In this document: piece by piece, positions 14,647-26,580 of the stretch
How positions within the stretch are numbered: position 1 is the first letter of the stretch
How the letters are laid out: each line of letters opens with the position of its first letter
Source of the DNA: the human T2T-CHM13v2.0 reference genome, Homo sapiens
Direction: 5' to 3' (one strand)
DNA length: 64,000 bases
Assembly: GCF_009914755.1 (NCBI RefSeq)
Contig: NC_060940.1
The notes under the pieces: model-generated
The model's input: only the letters and a program-made list of their open reading frames with translations
The model's database searches: none
What the model was told of the DNA's origin: nothing
Made by a program: the position numbers and the translations under genes

Positions 14647-15027
14647 AAAATTCAACCCTCTACAGTGGGGATGGATGAAATGGTCTGTAAACTTCCTTCC
14701 AGGCCCAACACCCTTTTAACTATGACCTTGGTTTCTAAGGAAGGCATTCTGTGAGGAAGCAGAAAGAGAAAGAAGGGTGATCCCAAAGAGATGGTGGGTC
14801 AGTTTAATTAAGTATGTATCAACCAGTTCCATAGGGAGGACTGGAAGCCGGCTCCTCGTCTTCATGTGCACTTTACACAAAGAACACAAGTGTGAAAAAC
14901 ACAAGTAAAACAAAAGTCACCTCTCCCAAGACCCAGTGGAAAGGAAAGGGAGGTCCCTGAGCAAAGAGGAACTATAAGGAGTTATAGCTCTGCACCACTC
15001 GAGTCAAGGGTCAGTCTGAATAGCTGT

Positions 15028-15049
15028 GGGGGTAGGGTGGGGGGTGGGG
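15028..15049 (+). other. Canonical G-quadruplex motif
   Basis: GGGGG-TA-GGG-T-GGGGGG-T-GGGG: four G-runs with 1-2 nt loops. Confidence 0.7.
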
Positions 15050-15492
15050 TGTTGTTCCAACAACTGGAGAATTTCCTAAAGAAAATAAATTATTGTTCAG
15101 CTGGTCATGGGAGAAGCTGTGACCTATTTACCTTCTGTTGTCTCAAGCTGCTGTGGGTAGAGGCTTTCAGTCCTTATTATTTATGGGGTCATGCAGGTAT
15201 CATTGAGCTGCTTATTAGAAAGCTGCCAACACCAGACTGGGCTGCCTCCAATATTTTAAAACTATATTTCTGAAGGCCAATCGCACACTTACATTTTAAA
15301 CATAACATTTGTGTCTACATTCAAACCATGTCATGACAATAACATTTCCTCGGGGCAAGATTTATATGTAAGGACTACAGGTTTCAACTAATTTAGGGCA
15401 CAGACTCCCTCGTTATTGTTTGGCATTGGTTGGTAGGACTCAGGTCTTTGGTCCTGAATGCATAAACAAGAACCACAGTTAAAGACTAGCTA

Positions 15493-15810
<318 letters not shown>

Positions 15811-16454
15811 TTATCAGGAAAAGCCACTGTCATATGATGTGGGTGCACATGAGAATAGCAGGATGGAAGCTGTCAAAAGTAGCAACTATTAATACTAAGT
15901 GCAATAATTAAAGTCCAGCAAAAGGATCAAGAAACAAGGGTAGGGCCTCTGGGTGAATCCATGTGGATGATTGGGGAAGGCAATTTCTGGAAGAGCTGCT
16001 TGGGACGTAGATCAGTGAAGATTATCTGGTAGTAAGCAACAGAAATCTACACCAGCTCACTAGAGAAAAAAAAAAAAAGAAAGAAAGAAATTGATTGGAT
16101 GGTTCCAGAGAGGCTCAGAGGATGGAGAGGAATGCTGCCTCCATCAGGATCAGGCCTGGAAAACCACTGACCACAGCAGCTCTGGATTTCTGAGTAATAA
16201 GAGCTTCTCATCAGCCTCTCTGGTTTTGCTGCCAGAAAACTGAGCTTCAGCTGTGCTCAGATTTGTGACTGCTCTGCTCTTGGTTTGAATTCCAGAAACA
16301 GAGCATCTGGCTGGACTTGCTTAAGCCACATGTTCCTACACAACATCCTCATCTTGGCTGAAGAAAGGCAGGATCCCTCGATGTCCCACTAGCTCTATCT
16401 AGATGGAGAAAGGTAACTTCTTAGAAGGAAATTGGTATGCTTTCTGAGACAGTA

Positions 16455-16900
16455 GAGTGCAGAAGGCACCCTTGAAGGGGTGACTGGGGAGAGTTCAATA
16501 TAGTGCTGTTACAGAAGTGTGGTCTAAGGGAGCCAACCAGGAGTGGGGAAGCACCCAGAGACCAGCAACAATGGGAAGCCGTTACTTCCCCAGGGCCTGA
16601 AGGAGCCAGGAGAGGGAATATTAGTAGAATATGAGACAGAAGTAGATAGGTTGCCTGGACAGGAGCTGGGGTAGTAAGTAGAGGAAGAGGCCACTGCCAA
16701 TAGCAACTCAGCCCCAAAGGTATCAGGGTTCTGAATACCCATACCTCTCTCATGCCCTCCAAACCCCTGCCAGCACCTTCCAATAGAAATCCAGAGATCA
16801 AGGAAGCTGGTGATGCAGTCTATAGAGATCAATCTTCAGGGACACAGGGAAGGACAAAGAATGGCAGAGAATGGATCTGAAGGGGCAGATAAAAAATATC
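16455..16900. mobile_element. Old ERVL-class LTR remnant (subfamily uncertain)
   Basis: gaagcacccagagaccagcaacaatgggaagccgttac...ggaagctggtgatgcagtctatagag resembles ERVL LTR motifs. Confidence 0.45.
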
Positions 16901-17048
16901 TAACACAGGTGCTACTATCAGAAACAGCTAGACTAGATACAGCCAGCCTGAATATAGCACAGGCCAACTTAGGAGATCAGAAGAAAAGCACTGAGAAAAC
17001 TCTAGGAGTTAAAAGAAGACAGCCCATAGCTTCCCAGTTTGGAGGTCA

Positions 17049-17053
<5 letters not shown>

Positions 17054-17095
<42 letters not shown>
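17054..17095. repeat. (AC)21 microsatellite
   Basis: Read directly; explains the HTHT run in ORF 16810-17142. Confidence 0.97.
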
Positions 17096-17097
<2 letters not shown>

Positions 17098-17751
17098 AAC
17101 CTCAAGCCATATGAGAAGAAAGTTTCAACAGCATGGAAATAGATGGCTTTGCTTCTTATTTTTAAAAGCCTGGCTTCATTAAAGTGATTGTATCCAATAT
17201 ATCAAAGTACTTGTATTTTCCTGGGGAGAAAATGAAACCAGGGGTAAAGTTTTGAGGCAACCCCAAGAGATTTCCAGTTGAGTAACTTGACAGAGAATTA
17301 GCTGTTTATCTTGGTCAATACACTGAATATTATAAACTGTAATGCAAGAGTGCAGACTATTTCATCACCACCCCCCATCTCTAAAGAATAATAGCTAATT
17401 TGAATCCTAGTGCAGTAACAGGCATAAAAGCAAGGCTCTTAGTGGACATTGAGAGAAAGTACCACTTTAGCAATCAAACCTCCTTTACCTGTCAGAAGAA
17501 GGAGTCTCTGCCCAAAGACTCAGTCCTTGACAAATATTGGTGAAATTACATCAGTGGAATCTAAACTGATGGCCTGAGTGAAAAAGCACATTGTTTTCCA
17601 GCTCACATTATTCCTGCGTCCATTTCATGCTTTGCAATTTGCAATGTATTTTTACATATGTTTTGTCATTGACTCTCATAACTGGCCTACCTGGGTAGGA
17701 TTATCTCTCTTCCACAATTAGAAGAACTGAAGGTAAAGAGGTTCACATATC

Positions 17752-18100
17752 TAGTATCTTGGGCTGAATGTCTCCTGGAAGCTGAACCTTAAGACAAGAC
17801 TTGAACACAAGTGGTTTATTGGGAAGATGATCTCAGTAAATACTGGTGTGGGGTGAAGAAACAAGAGACAGAAGATGAGAAAGCTAATTCAGAGGACCAT
17901 GTGACCCCTAAGGGCAATTGGGGCTCCTTCCCACTGAAAACTACCAGGAAACAGGTGAAATATTCCTTGGAGTTGCCCCACTCAAGGGTAAGGAAGCTGG
18001 GGTATGTCCTCCATCTACAATTTGTCGATGACTTGGGGCTGCTCCCAGGGGTGTAACTTCTCAGCATTAAGGGCCTGCCTACTTGTGCCAAGAGAAAGTC
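17752..18100. mobile_element. Old ERVL-class LTR (LTR33-like)
   Basis: aagacaagacttgaacacaagtggtttatttgggaagatgatctcag resembles an LTR33-type motif (from memory). Confidence 0.45.
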
Positions 18101-18838
18101 CCCAGTCTCTCCCAGTAGAACCCAGTTTATGTATACTGGGATGGTGAGTGTCAAGGGACCGGGGCCAGGCATTCTGCTAGCAGATCCAGCATGTCACAAC
18201 TGGTTGCCAGTCAGCAGCACACCCAAGCCCCTTTTTCCCCAGTGGCGTCCCAGCATAAAGGCTTTCTCAGCCTCCTCTACATTAAAGGTTGGCTTTGTGG
18301 TGGCAAATGAGATGTAACAGAACACCCCCTGAGGCTCCTGAGAATGATTTCTCTTTCCTGATAAAAGGAAAGAGATGCATACAGAGTCCTCTTGCCTCTG
18401 GCTTCCTGTGTTTCTGGCCTTTGGACAGGCCATGTGAGGTCATGAGGCCTGGGGCAGTGGCGCCAACAGGGACCAAGAGGGTAAGCCTGACATCATTTAT
18501 ATTCTAAACAATTACTGAAACTGCATACATCCAGACTCACTGTAAAGTTAATAATTGTCCGTATGATTTAAGCCACTATTAGTTGAGTTTTCTGTTACTT
18601 GCAGCTAAATGCATTCCTAACAGAAAATTTGATTTCGTCTCTCAATAGAAAGTTTGTATCACTGTCAAATTAACTATTCTTCTTTACTCTGCTAGATGTT
18701 GTAAAATATAAAGGAAGTCTTTGCCTTAAGCTTTTTAATGATCAATGTAAAAGTAGTGGTTTCATCATATGTAAACATATGTCAAAACTTAAATTGTGCA
18801 ATTGAAATAATCAAAATAGGAGACTAGTTATTATTTTA

Positions 18839-19259
18839 TTTTTTGTGTGTGGTTTTATAACTTTATTCGATAAAACGTGGTTAGTTCTCATCCACATTGA
18901 CTGTCTGTAGATTTTTAAGTGATGACAGGTACATAGGTAACCAATGTACAGAGCTTGTTTGGTGAATTTTCATCCTCATTAATTTTTCTCGACAACCACA
19001 CATGGATGTGGTATGGGATGTTCCTTATTCCTTTAGCCCCAATAGCTTTGTTGAGCTCAGTATCAGTGCACATATTTAGAGTTCCTATCTTCTTCATGGA
19101 AAATTTCCATACCTTTTTAAAGTGCCCAAGAGGCTCACTTCTTGAAGCCCACTCCCTGGGTGCACCTGTGAATATTGATGTTCTCTGATCACCAACCCAC
19201 TGATGGCAGAACAGTCCTTCTTCTCGCCACTGGTCCAGTCTTCCAGGCACCAGGTTGGA
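18839..19259 (-). pseudogene. RPL31P: Processed pseudogene of 60S ribosomal protein L31 (eL31)
   Basis: The ORF-track peptide [44 protein letters not shown] matches RPL31 [44 protein letters not shown]. The C-terminal NLQTVNVDEN* is present in another frame (stop at 18881-18883). It is intronless, with AATAAA at 18862-18867 (minus strand), a decayed poly(A), a lost ATG, frameshifts and a premature stop. The pseudogene number cannot be assigned. Confidence 0.95.
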
Positions 19260-19607
19260 CTATGTTATAATTTTAATAAATTAATTGATGTTGTTTTTTT
19301 CTCAAAGCTCTTTTTAGGTTTTCTATCTTAGAATTTATTCAGGATATTATAGAATTTCTCCCGTTAGCACACCATCTCTCTCTATCCCTTCTCGGAAAAC
19401 AGTTCAAGAATCAGATACGATACAGGCCAGCTCAACCATAATGAGAAGATGGAACACAGGGTGGCATTGGCAGAAATCAAGTCCAAGATGAATTGGAAAC
19501 AGGCAGAAATATAAACAAACCCTTAACAACAGACACTAAAGAGTTCGTTATCCTAAGGCAAGCAAGCCTTAGGATATAAAAGGGGGATAGCAAACACAAT
19601 AGGGAGT

Positions 19608-19983
19608 TGCTGTAGGTTGAATGTTTGAATCCCCCTGAATCCATATGCTGAAGTCCTAAACTACCTAATGTGATGGTATTTCGAGATGGGGCCTTAGGGA
19701 GATACTTAGGATTCGATGAGGCTGTGAGGGTGGTGCCTTCTTGATGGGGTCAGTGCCCTTATAAGAAGAGACATTAGAAAGCTTGCCCTCTTTCTCTCTT
19801 TCTGTCTCCCTGCCTCCATCCACCATGTGAGGAGAAAGTAGCTGTCTACAAGCCAGGAAGAGGGCCCTCACCAGAAACCAACCATGCTGGCACCTTGATC
19901 TTGGACTTCCCATCCTCAAGAACTGTGAGAAAATAAATTTCACTCTATGGTATTTTCTCATGACATCCATGCTGACAAATACA
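19608..19983 (+). mobile_element. MaLR solo LTR (MSTD/MLT1A-like)
   Basis: tgctgtaggttgaatgtttg...gctggcaccttgatcttggacttccc...aactgtgagaaaataaattt...aataca. 5-bp TSD ggagt/agagt. Confidence 0.85.
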
Positions 19984-20093
19984 AGAGTCCTAGGTTTGAC
20001 TAGAAGCTCAGCCAAGTATAGACACTAGTCTCTTGGGTAAAACATTTGTTCACTCTAAACCCCAGTCCTCTCCCCAGTAAAATGAGAGATTTA

Positions 20094-20631
20094 CAGAAGT
20101 CCCACTTTATCCATGGTTTTGTTTTCCATGGTTTCAGTTACCCTCAATCAATGGTGGTCCAAATATATTCAGTGGAAAATTCCAGAAATAAGCCACTCAT
20201 ATGTTTTAAGTTGCAAGCAATTCTGAGTAACATAATGGAATCTTCTAGCACCCTGCTCTTTTCTGCCCAGGGTGTAGAAATCATCCCTTTTTCTAGCATA
20301 TCTATGCTGTAACCACTCCCAGCCTGTTAGTTGCTAAATTGTCTGGGTTATCAAATTGACTATGGACTTTTGAGGTATCACGGTGGAGTTTATACTTAAG
20401 TAACCCTTATTTTACTTAATAATGGCCCCAAAGCACAAAAGTAGTGATGCTGGCAATTTGGATATGCAAAAGAGAAGCCATAAAGTGCTTTCTTTAAGTG
20501 AAAAGGTGAAAGTTCTCAACCTAATAATGATACAATATTCTGTATATAAGGTTCAGTATAATCTGCAGTTTCAGCCATCCACTGGGGGTCTTGGAACATA
20601 CCCCCCCACCAAGGATAAGGAGGTACTACTG
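20094..20631 (+). mobile_element. TcMar-Tigger internal-deletion element (MER44B/Tigger7-like)
   Basis: TIRs cagaagtcccactttatcc / ggataaggaggtactactg. Retains the transposase N-terminus MAPKHKSSDAGNLDMQKRSHKVLSLSEKVKVL (ORF 20422). Confidence 0.85.
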
Positions 20632-21439
20632 TGTAAATAATACCTCTGATACCCTGGGATTCTAACCATGCCCTGATTTCTCTTATTTTCTGGTTAGATT
20701 TTTATATATCTGTCTTCCCCAAAACTGAGCACATCTGTAATTAGAAGTTACAACCAAAGACACCACATACCACTTTCAAATCTTTATTCCAAATGTTAGT
20801 TGGAAAAAGGTTCTAGAGACAAAAAGTACGCCAACCATGCCAGAAATGGAACCCACACATTTAAAAGTCTTCGAGTGCTATAAAGGCAAGCAGCATGTTC
20901 ATATGACATTTACAAGTCACCCCCAACCACTCTCTAATTAACTTATTGTGTGCCTTCTCTAAACTAACATACACAGAATTAGAAAGGAAACACTTATCTG
21001 TTCTGTTGCTAAGGAACCAGTATAATTTGCATAGTGAAAAAAATCATTAGTATATTTAAGCTGAAATTCTATCTATTTATAATGGCCAGATTTAAAACAT
21101 GAGATCAAAGTCTCAACATTTTTTTTCACCATCTTTAGTAAGTAGCTCAAAGCAGTAGTGTGGTTGCACCTAACACATAATATTAATATGAAGTCCTATG
21201 CCACTTTGTGTTACAAATTGCTCCATAGTCATTCATGGGGACTAAGCTGAGGAAGTTCAAGATTGTACAATGCAGGTAGACAGGCGGTTTCATTTGACAA
21301 GATGTGTTGCACAACTCAGCATACACCTGGATTCTGAATGAGTTCAGATTGATTAGTTCTTTTTTAGGCTCTCTACAGAGATGAATATATTTTCCTCCTC
21401 GCTTCTCAGAATGATTCCTCGTTTGTATTTCTCTGGGGG

Positions 21440-21620
21440 TGATGAAAAGGGCACTAGATTGGAGCCAGAAAACCTGGGTTTGATCTTACGACTTGGCACC
21501 CATGTTACCTGGGTGACTATGGGCCAATGTCATCACTTCTCAGAGCCTCAGGTCCTTCCCCTGTAAAGGCAGCTTGGCATGGCTAGCATTATTATGAGGA
21601 ATAAAAGAGAAGGTGGGTCA
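21440..21620 (+). mobile_element. MIR SINE remnant
   Basis: ggagccagaaaacctgggtttga...cttctcagagcctcaggtccttcccctgtaaa. Confidence 0.7.
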
Positions 21621-22544
21621 GAAAGAGCCTTTCCAAGAAGGAGGTTATCACTAGTTAAAATTTTGATAGAGTTTTTTTGAAGCAACTTGACATAAGGATA
21701 TCAAAATTTGCATGGAAAAACAATCATATAAGAGAGCCAGGAAAATTCTGAAAATGAAATTAATGAAGGTACTAGTACTACTATATTTTAAAATGTATTA
21801 TAAAGCTGCAGTATTTAAAACAGTATGGTGCTACTGCAGAGCTCAGGAGGCAGAACAATGAAAGAGAATTAGGAAGAGTTAAGCTAAATAACGTGTGAGG
21901 ATCTTATAAAAAATAAAAGTGGCATTTCAAGTTGATGGAGAAACTATGGCTTATTCAATAAATGATGCTGAGAAAGCTGACTCAATATTTGGAAAAAATG
22001 AAATTAATCATTAATGCACTTCTAACTACTTACAGATGTCTCAAATATTTAGATATAAAATATGAAACCATAAAAGTACTAAAAGGAAATCTAAATACAT
22101 TTGTTTTAATAAAAGCACAGTGGAAGGCCTTTTTGAAGTGTTACATAACACCCAGAAACTATCAAAAGATTGGTAAATCTGACCACAGAAAAATAAAACT
22201 ATTCTCTGTCATGAAAAAATAAATCAGAAGACAATCTGCAAAAATGCAAATAAATGGGCAAAGTATATAGATATTTTATGTTTCCTTCAAAAGAAGTAGT
22301 AATAGATAATAAAATATGATTAGATGGTTAAACTTGTTAGTAATTTGGAAAATGTAAACAATAAGTTATCATTTTTAAAAATTACTGTATTGGTAAAGAT
22401 GGAAAGATTGGATAGTGTCCAGAGGTATTGCCTTTGAAATGCAATAGATGTTCTCAAATTCTATTTGGAAAACATATATTTGTTGCAAACTTATTTAGTG
22501 TAAATTTGGTAATATCTATCAAATGTTAAAATATACACAGCTTT

Positions 22545-22845
<301 letters not shown>

Positions 22846-23014
22846 TTAGCTGTGTGTGGTGGCACATACTCGTAATCCCAGCTACTGAGAATAGCTGAGG
22901 CAGGAGAATTACTTGAACCCAGGAGGCAGATGCTGCAGTGAGCCAAGATCGCACCACTGCACTCCAGCCTGGGTGACAGAGCAAGACTCTGTTTAAAAAA
23001 AGAAGAAAAAAAAA
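22846..23014 (+). mobile_element. Additional Alu right monomer (AluS-like) abutting the previous Alu
   Basis: ttagctgtgtgtggtggc...gagccaagatcgcaccactgcactccagcctgggtgacagagc plus an A-rich tail. Confidence 0.9.
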
Positions 23015-23015
23015 C

Positions 23016-23016
<1 letters not shown>

Positions 23017-23104
<88 letters not shown>
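23017..23104. repeat. Compound (TA)n(GA)n microsatellite at the Alu tail
   Basis: Read directly; explains the SLSL/YIYI runs in the ORFs at 22779 and 22823. Confidence 0.97.
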
Positions 23105-23108
<4 letters not shown>

Positions 23109-24307
23109 GATATAGATAATACACAATACCTTTGATCTGGTAGTTTCATTTCTGGGAATTTTTTTCTTATGCATGAACTCACACAATTACACAAATATAT
23201 TTGCATAAGAACATACTGCAGTACTGTTTGTGTTTGTAGTAGCAAAAACTGGAAAACAACCTGCATGTCTATTAAAAGGAGGCTACTTAAATCTACTTTA
23301 GCACATTCATAAAATAGAATGGTAAATGACGTAAAAATTAAAGTGAGATAAATTATCCGCCATAGAAAGGTAACACATGTCAGCTCCAATTTAATGCTTA
23401 ACATGTATTAATTAATAGAATTCTCACAAAGCCCTGTGAGAGAGACACTTTTACTCTGTTCTCATTTTATACATTAGGAAACTGAGTCATAAAAAGGAGA
23501 ATACTTTGTCTAGGGTTATACTTCTGGTAGGTCGATGGGCTAACGCTGTCTAGAGCCAGAACCATTCTCTAACCACAAGATTGCACTGCCTAGCTACAAA
23601 GCCTAGCTGCATCCTTAAGTGGAAATAAAAGTAAGTTATGAAATAACGCATTGAGAGTTGGCAGAAGGCAGAAGGTAGGGAGAGAAAGAAAGAAGACATC
23701 TGCATGAAAATATCTGAAAACAACAGCTAGGGAGTGGGACAGAAGGAGGTGACTACTTTTCATTTCTTATAAATCCTGCTGCTTGTATAACAATTCTAAC
23801 CATTATCTTGAATTACTATAATATCTTTTTTGAAAATCATGGTTAATAAACTTCCCCTGGGTGAGATTGCCATATACCTCTTCTTGTATCTTTCCTCCTC
23901 AGCGACTGCCCACTTTCTTCCTTTTTGTCTCTCACCTATTGGCCTCTACATTTTTTTCCAGCACAGAGTAAATGTCAGCTCACTCATTGGCCTCTGTTGC
24001 AGGGCCACCCACCGTCCAGCAAACTGCCCAGTGATGCCAGCCTCAACCAAGTCAGAAGGCCACTTCTGAAATCCCCTGAGAGCATGGTAATATCTCAATC
24101 CTGTTCTCTTCCCTACTGGGGTCAAGCTCCATCTTCCAAATGTGACTGAAGGTGATTGTGCATTCCTCCAGGACTGGGCTGCGACCCCTCTTCTTGGTTT
24201 TCCCCATGGCAGTTCACTGACTTGACCTAATAACTCAATGGCCAACTGGAGTGAGTGGCCCTAAAGAACACCTCCAGGCAATGGTGATTTAACAATGGAC
24301 TGGTTCT

Positions 24308-25008
24308 TGTAAGAATGGCTATAATTAAAACGTCAAAAAAATAATAGATAATGGGGAGGATGCAGAGAAAAATGAACACTGATACACTGTTGGGAGTGTA
24401 AATTAGTTCAGCCATTGTGGAAGACAATGTGGCAATTCCTCAAAGACCTAAAGACAGAAATTCCATTTGACCCAGTAATCCCATTATTGGATATATACCA
24501 AAAGGACAATACATTCCTCTGTTATAAAGACACGCGCATGTGTATGTTCATTGCAGCACTATTCACAACAGCAAAGACATGGAATCAATCTAAATGCCCA
24601 TCAATGATAGATTGGATGAAGAAAGTGTGGTCCATATATACCATGGAATACTATGCAGCCATAAAAAGAACTAAATCATGTCCTTTACAGGGACGTAGAT
24701 GGAGCTGGAGGCTATTATCCTCAGCAAACTAACACAGGAACAGAAAACAAAATACCTCATGTGCTCACTTATAAGTGGGAGCTAAATGATGAGAACACAT
24801 GGACACACACAGGGAAACAACATACACTGGGGCCCATCAGAGGGTGGAGGGTAGGAGGAGGAAGATGATCAGGAAAAATAACTATTGGGTAATAGGCTTG
24901 ATACCTTGGTGATGAAATAATCTGTACAACAAACCCCCGTGACACACGGTTACTTATGTAATAAACCTGTACATGTACTCCTGAACTTAAAATAAAAGTT
25001 AAAAAAAA
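24308..25008 (+). mobile_element. 5'-truncated L1 (older L1PA, ~L1PA13-16-like), ORF2 C-terminus and 3'UTR
   Basis: The ORF 24415 peptide WQFLKDLKTEIPFDPVIPLL...MFIAALFTTAKTWNQSKCPS is the L1 ORF2 C-terminus. 3'UTR gatgaaataatctgtacaacaaacccc. TSD core gactggttct on both flanks. Confidence 0.93.
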
Positions 25009-25337
25009 CCTGACTGGTTCTCTGGGGTGCAGAAAAGGCAAGTCCTGATTTCTAGTGTTTGCTGAATTTGTGGTGTAAATATTCCTACCACAGCCGAATG
25101 CTGGCTACAAACAGGACATCACTGATCGTGTAGTTGGGAAGAGGTGCACAGCAGAAAGAATACACACATATATGGCTTTCCCACCTTACAGATGCAATAG
25201 CTGTAAATAATCTCAAAAGCATCAATATGGTAAAAATAGAAAGTGATGAGTTTTGAATCTAGATTATCTTTATTTTTAATATGACTTACTTAATTGAAAC
25301 GTTATGTATTTTAATTTTTAATAGTGACCATGTCTAA

Positions 25338-26011
25338 AATGTCAAGAACCAACAGATGCTGGCGAGGCTGTGGAGAGATAGGAATGCTTTTACACTGTTG
25401 GTGGGAATGTAAATTAGTTCAACCACTGCGGAAGGCAGTGTGGCGATTCCTCAAAGACCTAGAACCAGAAATACCATTTGATCCAGCAGTCCCGTTACTG
25501 GGTATATACCCAAAGGAATATAAATCATTCTATTATAAAGATATATGCACACATATGTTCACTGCAGCACTATACACAATAGCAAAGACATAGAATCAAC
25601 CCAAATGCCTGTCAGTGATAGACTGGATAAAGAAAATGTATGTATACACCATGGAATACTATTCAGCCATAAAAAGGAATGAGGTCATGTCCTTTGCAGG
25701 GACATGGATGGAGCTGGAAGCCATTATCCTCAGCAAACCAAATACCACATGTCACTCATAAGTGGGAGCTGAACAATGAGAACACATGGACACAGGGAGG
25801 GGAACAACACACACTGGAGTCTGTCAGTGGGTTGTTGAGGCAGGAAGGAGAGCATCAGGAAAAATAGCTCATGCATGCTGGGATTAATACTTAGGTGATG
25901 GGTTGGTAGGTGCAGCAAACCACTATGGCACATGTTTACCTATGTAACAAACCTGCACATCCTGCACATATACCCCAGAATTTAAAATAAAAATTAGTAA
26001 TAATAATAATG
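25338..26011 (+). mobile_element. 5'-truncated L1 (~L1PA8-11-like), ORF2 C-terminus and 3'UTR
   Basis: The peptide RCWRGCGEIGMLLHCWWECKLVQPL...IPFDPAVPLLGIYPKEYK is the ORF2 Cys-rich C-terminus. 3'UTR gggttggtaggtgcagcaaaccactatggc. TSD atagtgaccatgtctaa / ataatggccatgtctaa. Confidence 0.93.
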
Positions 26012-26299
26012 ATAATGGCCATGTCTAACAACAGCTCGCACACTTCCTGAAAAGTTAGCAATCAGTTCTTGTGAGATGCGAGCTGTGTGCAACACCCAGC
26101 TGCTCAGATTTCTGAGACCTGAATGATCAAGCTACACGTACAGAGTCATAATCTGGAATTGGAAGAAGTTTACTGATTATAAACAAAGAGTATTTTTATT
26201 TTGAATTATTTTTCTTCTGGATTTTCCACTCATTTAAAATCAAATTTGACTATCATGTCCTAAAGCATAATGAGCCATAAACTGCTAGTTCTCTTTCCA

Positions 26300-26580
26300 T
26301 TTTCAGCTCCATCATCACCTCCTCCAGGAAGCCTTCCCGACTTACAAGCTCATGGCACCAAACCCCTCTGTCTCATGGCACTTGCCCCTCTTCCAGTATT
26401 GTACTGATTTTTGTGATTCATTAATTGTCTTTTTCTCCCACTAGACTGTAGACACTTTGAGGTCAGATTATTTTGTTTTCTTTTAGTGGAATTCTCTGGA
26501 GGGCTCATCACTTGATCCCCAACTCCTGTGCCAATTGCCTGGCACAGAAAAGAAGCTCAAAGAACATGTGTTAAATATCT
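26300..26580 (+). mobile_element. L2 LINE 3' remnant
   Basis: catcacctcctccaggaagccttccc...ctcccactagactgtag...tgcctggcacag. Confidence 0.75.

Larger units (their letters stand above)
24278..26100. mobile_element. hAT DNA transposon remnant (MER63-like) split into three pieces by two L1 insertions
   Basis: tttaacaat..., cctgatttctagtgtttgctgaatttgtggtgtaaatattcctaccac...catcactga..gtagttgggaagag, taacaacagctcgc..ttcctgaaaagttagcaatcagttcttgtgag. Family assigned from memory. Confidence 0.6.

Noticed and set aside
18915-19250. Functional RPL31 paralog
   Set aside because: No ATG at the native position, plus frameshifts, a premature stop in the native frame and many radical substitutions.
18839-19259. 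Assigning chromosome, neighbouring gene or RPL31P number
   Set aside because: Many RPL31 pseudogenes exist; I cannot place the window without an alignment search.
20422-20640. 72-aa ORF resembling TIGD/Tigger transposase N-termini
   Set aside because: It is the residual start of the transposase in an internally deleted MER44-like element; similarity ends after about 35 residues.
24415-25593. ORFs with real protein similarity (L1 ORF2 C-terminus)
   Set aside because: They are fragments of 5'-truncated, mutated L1 copies, not genes.
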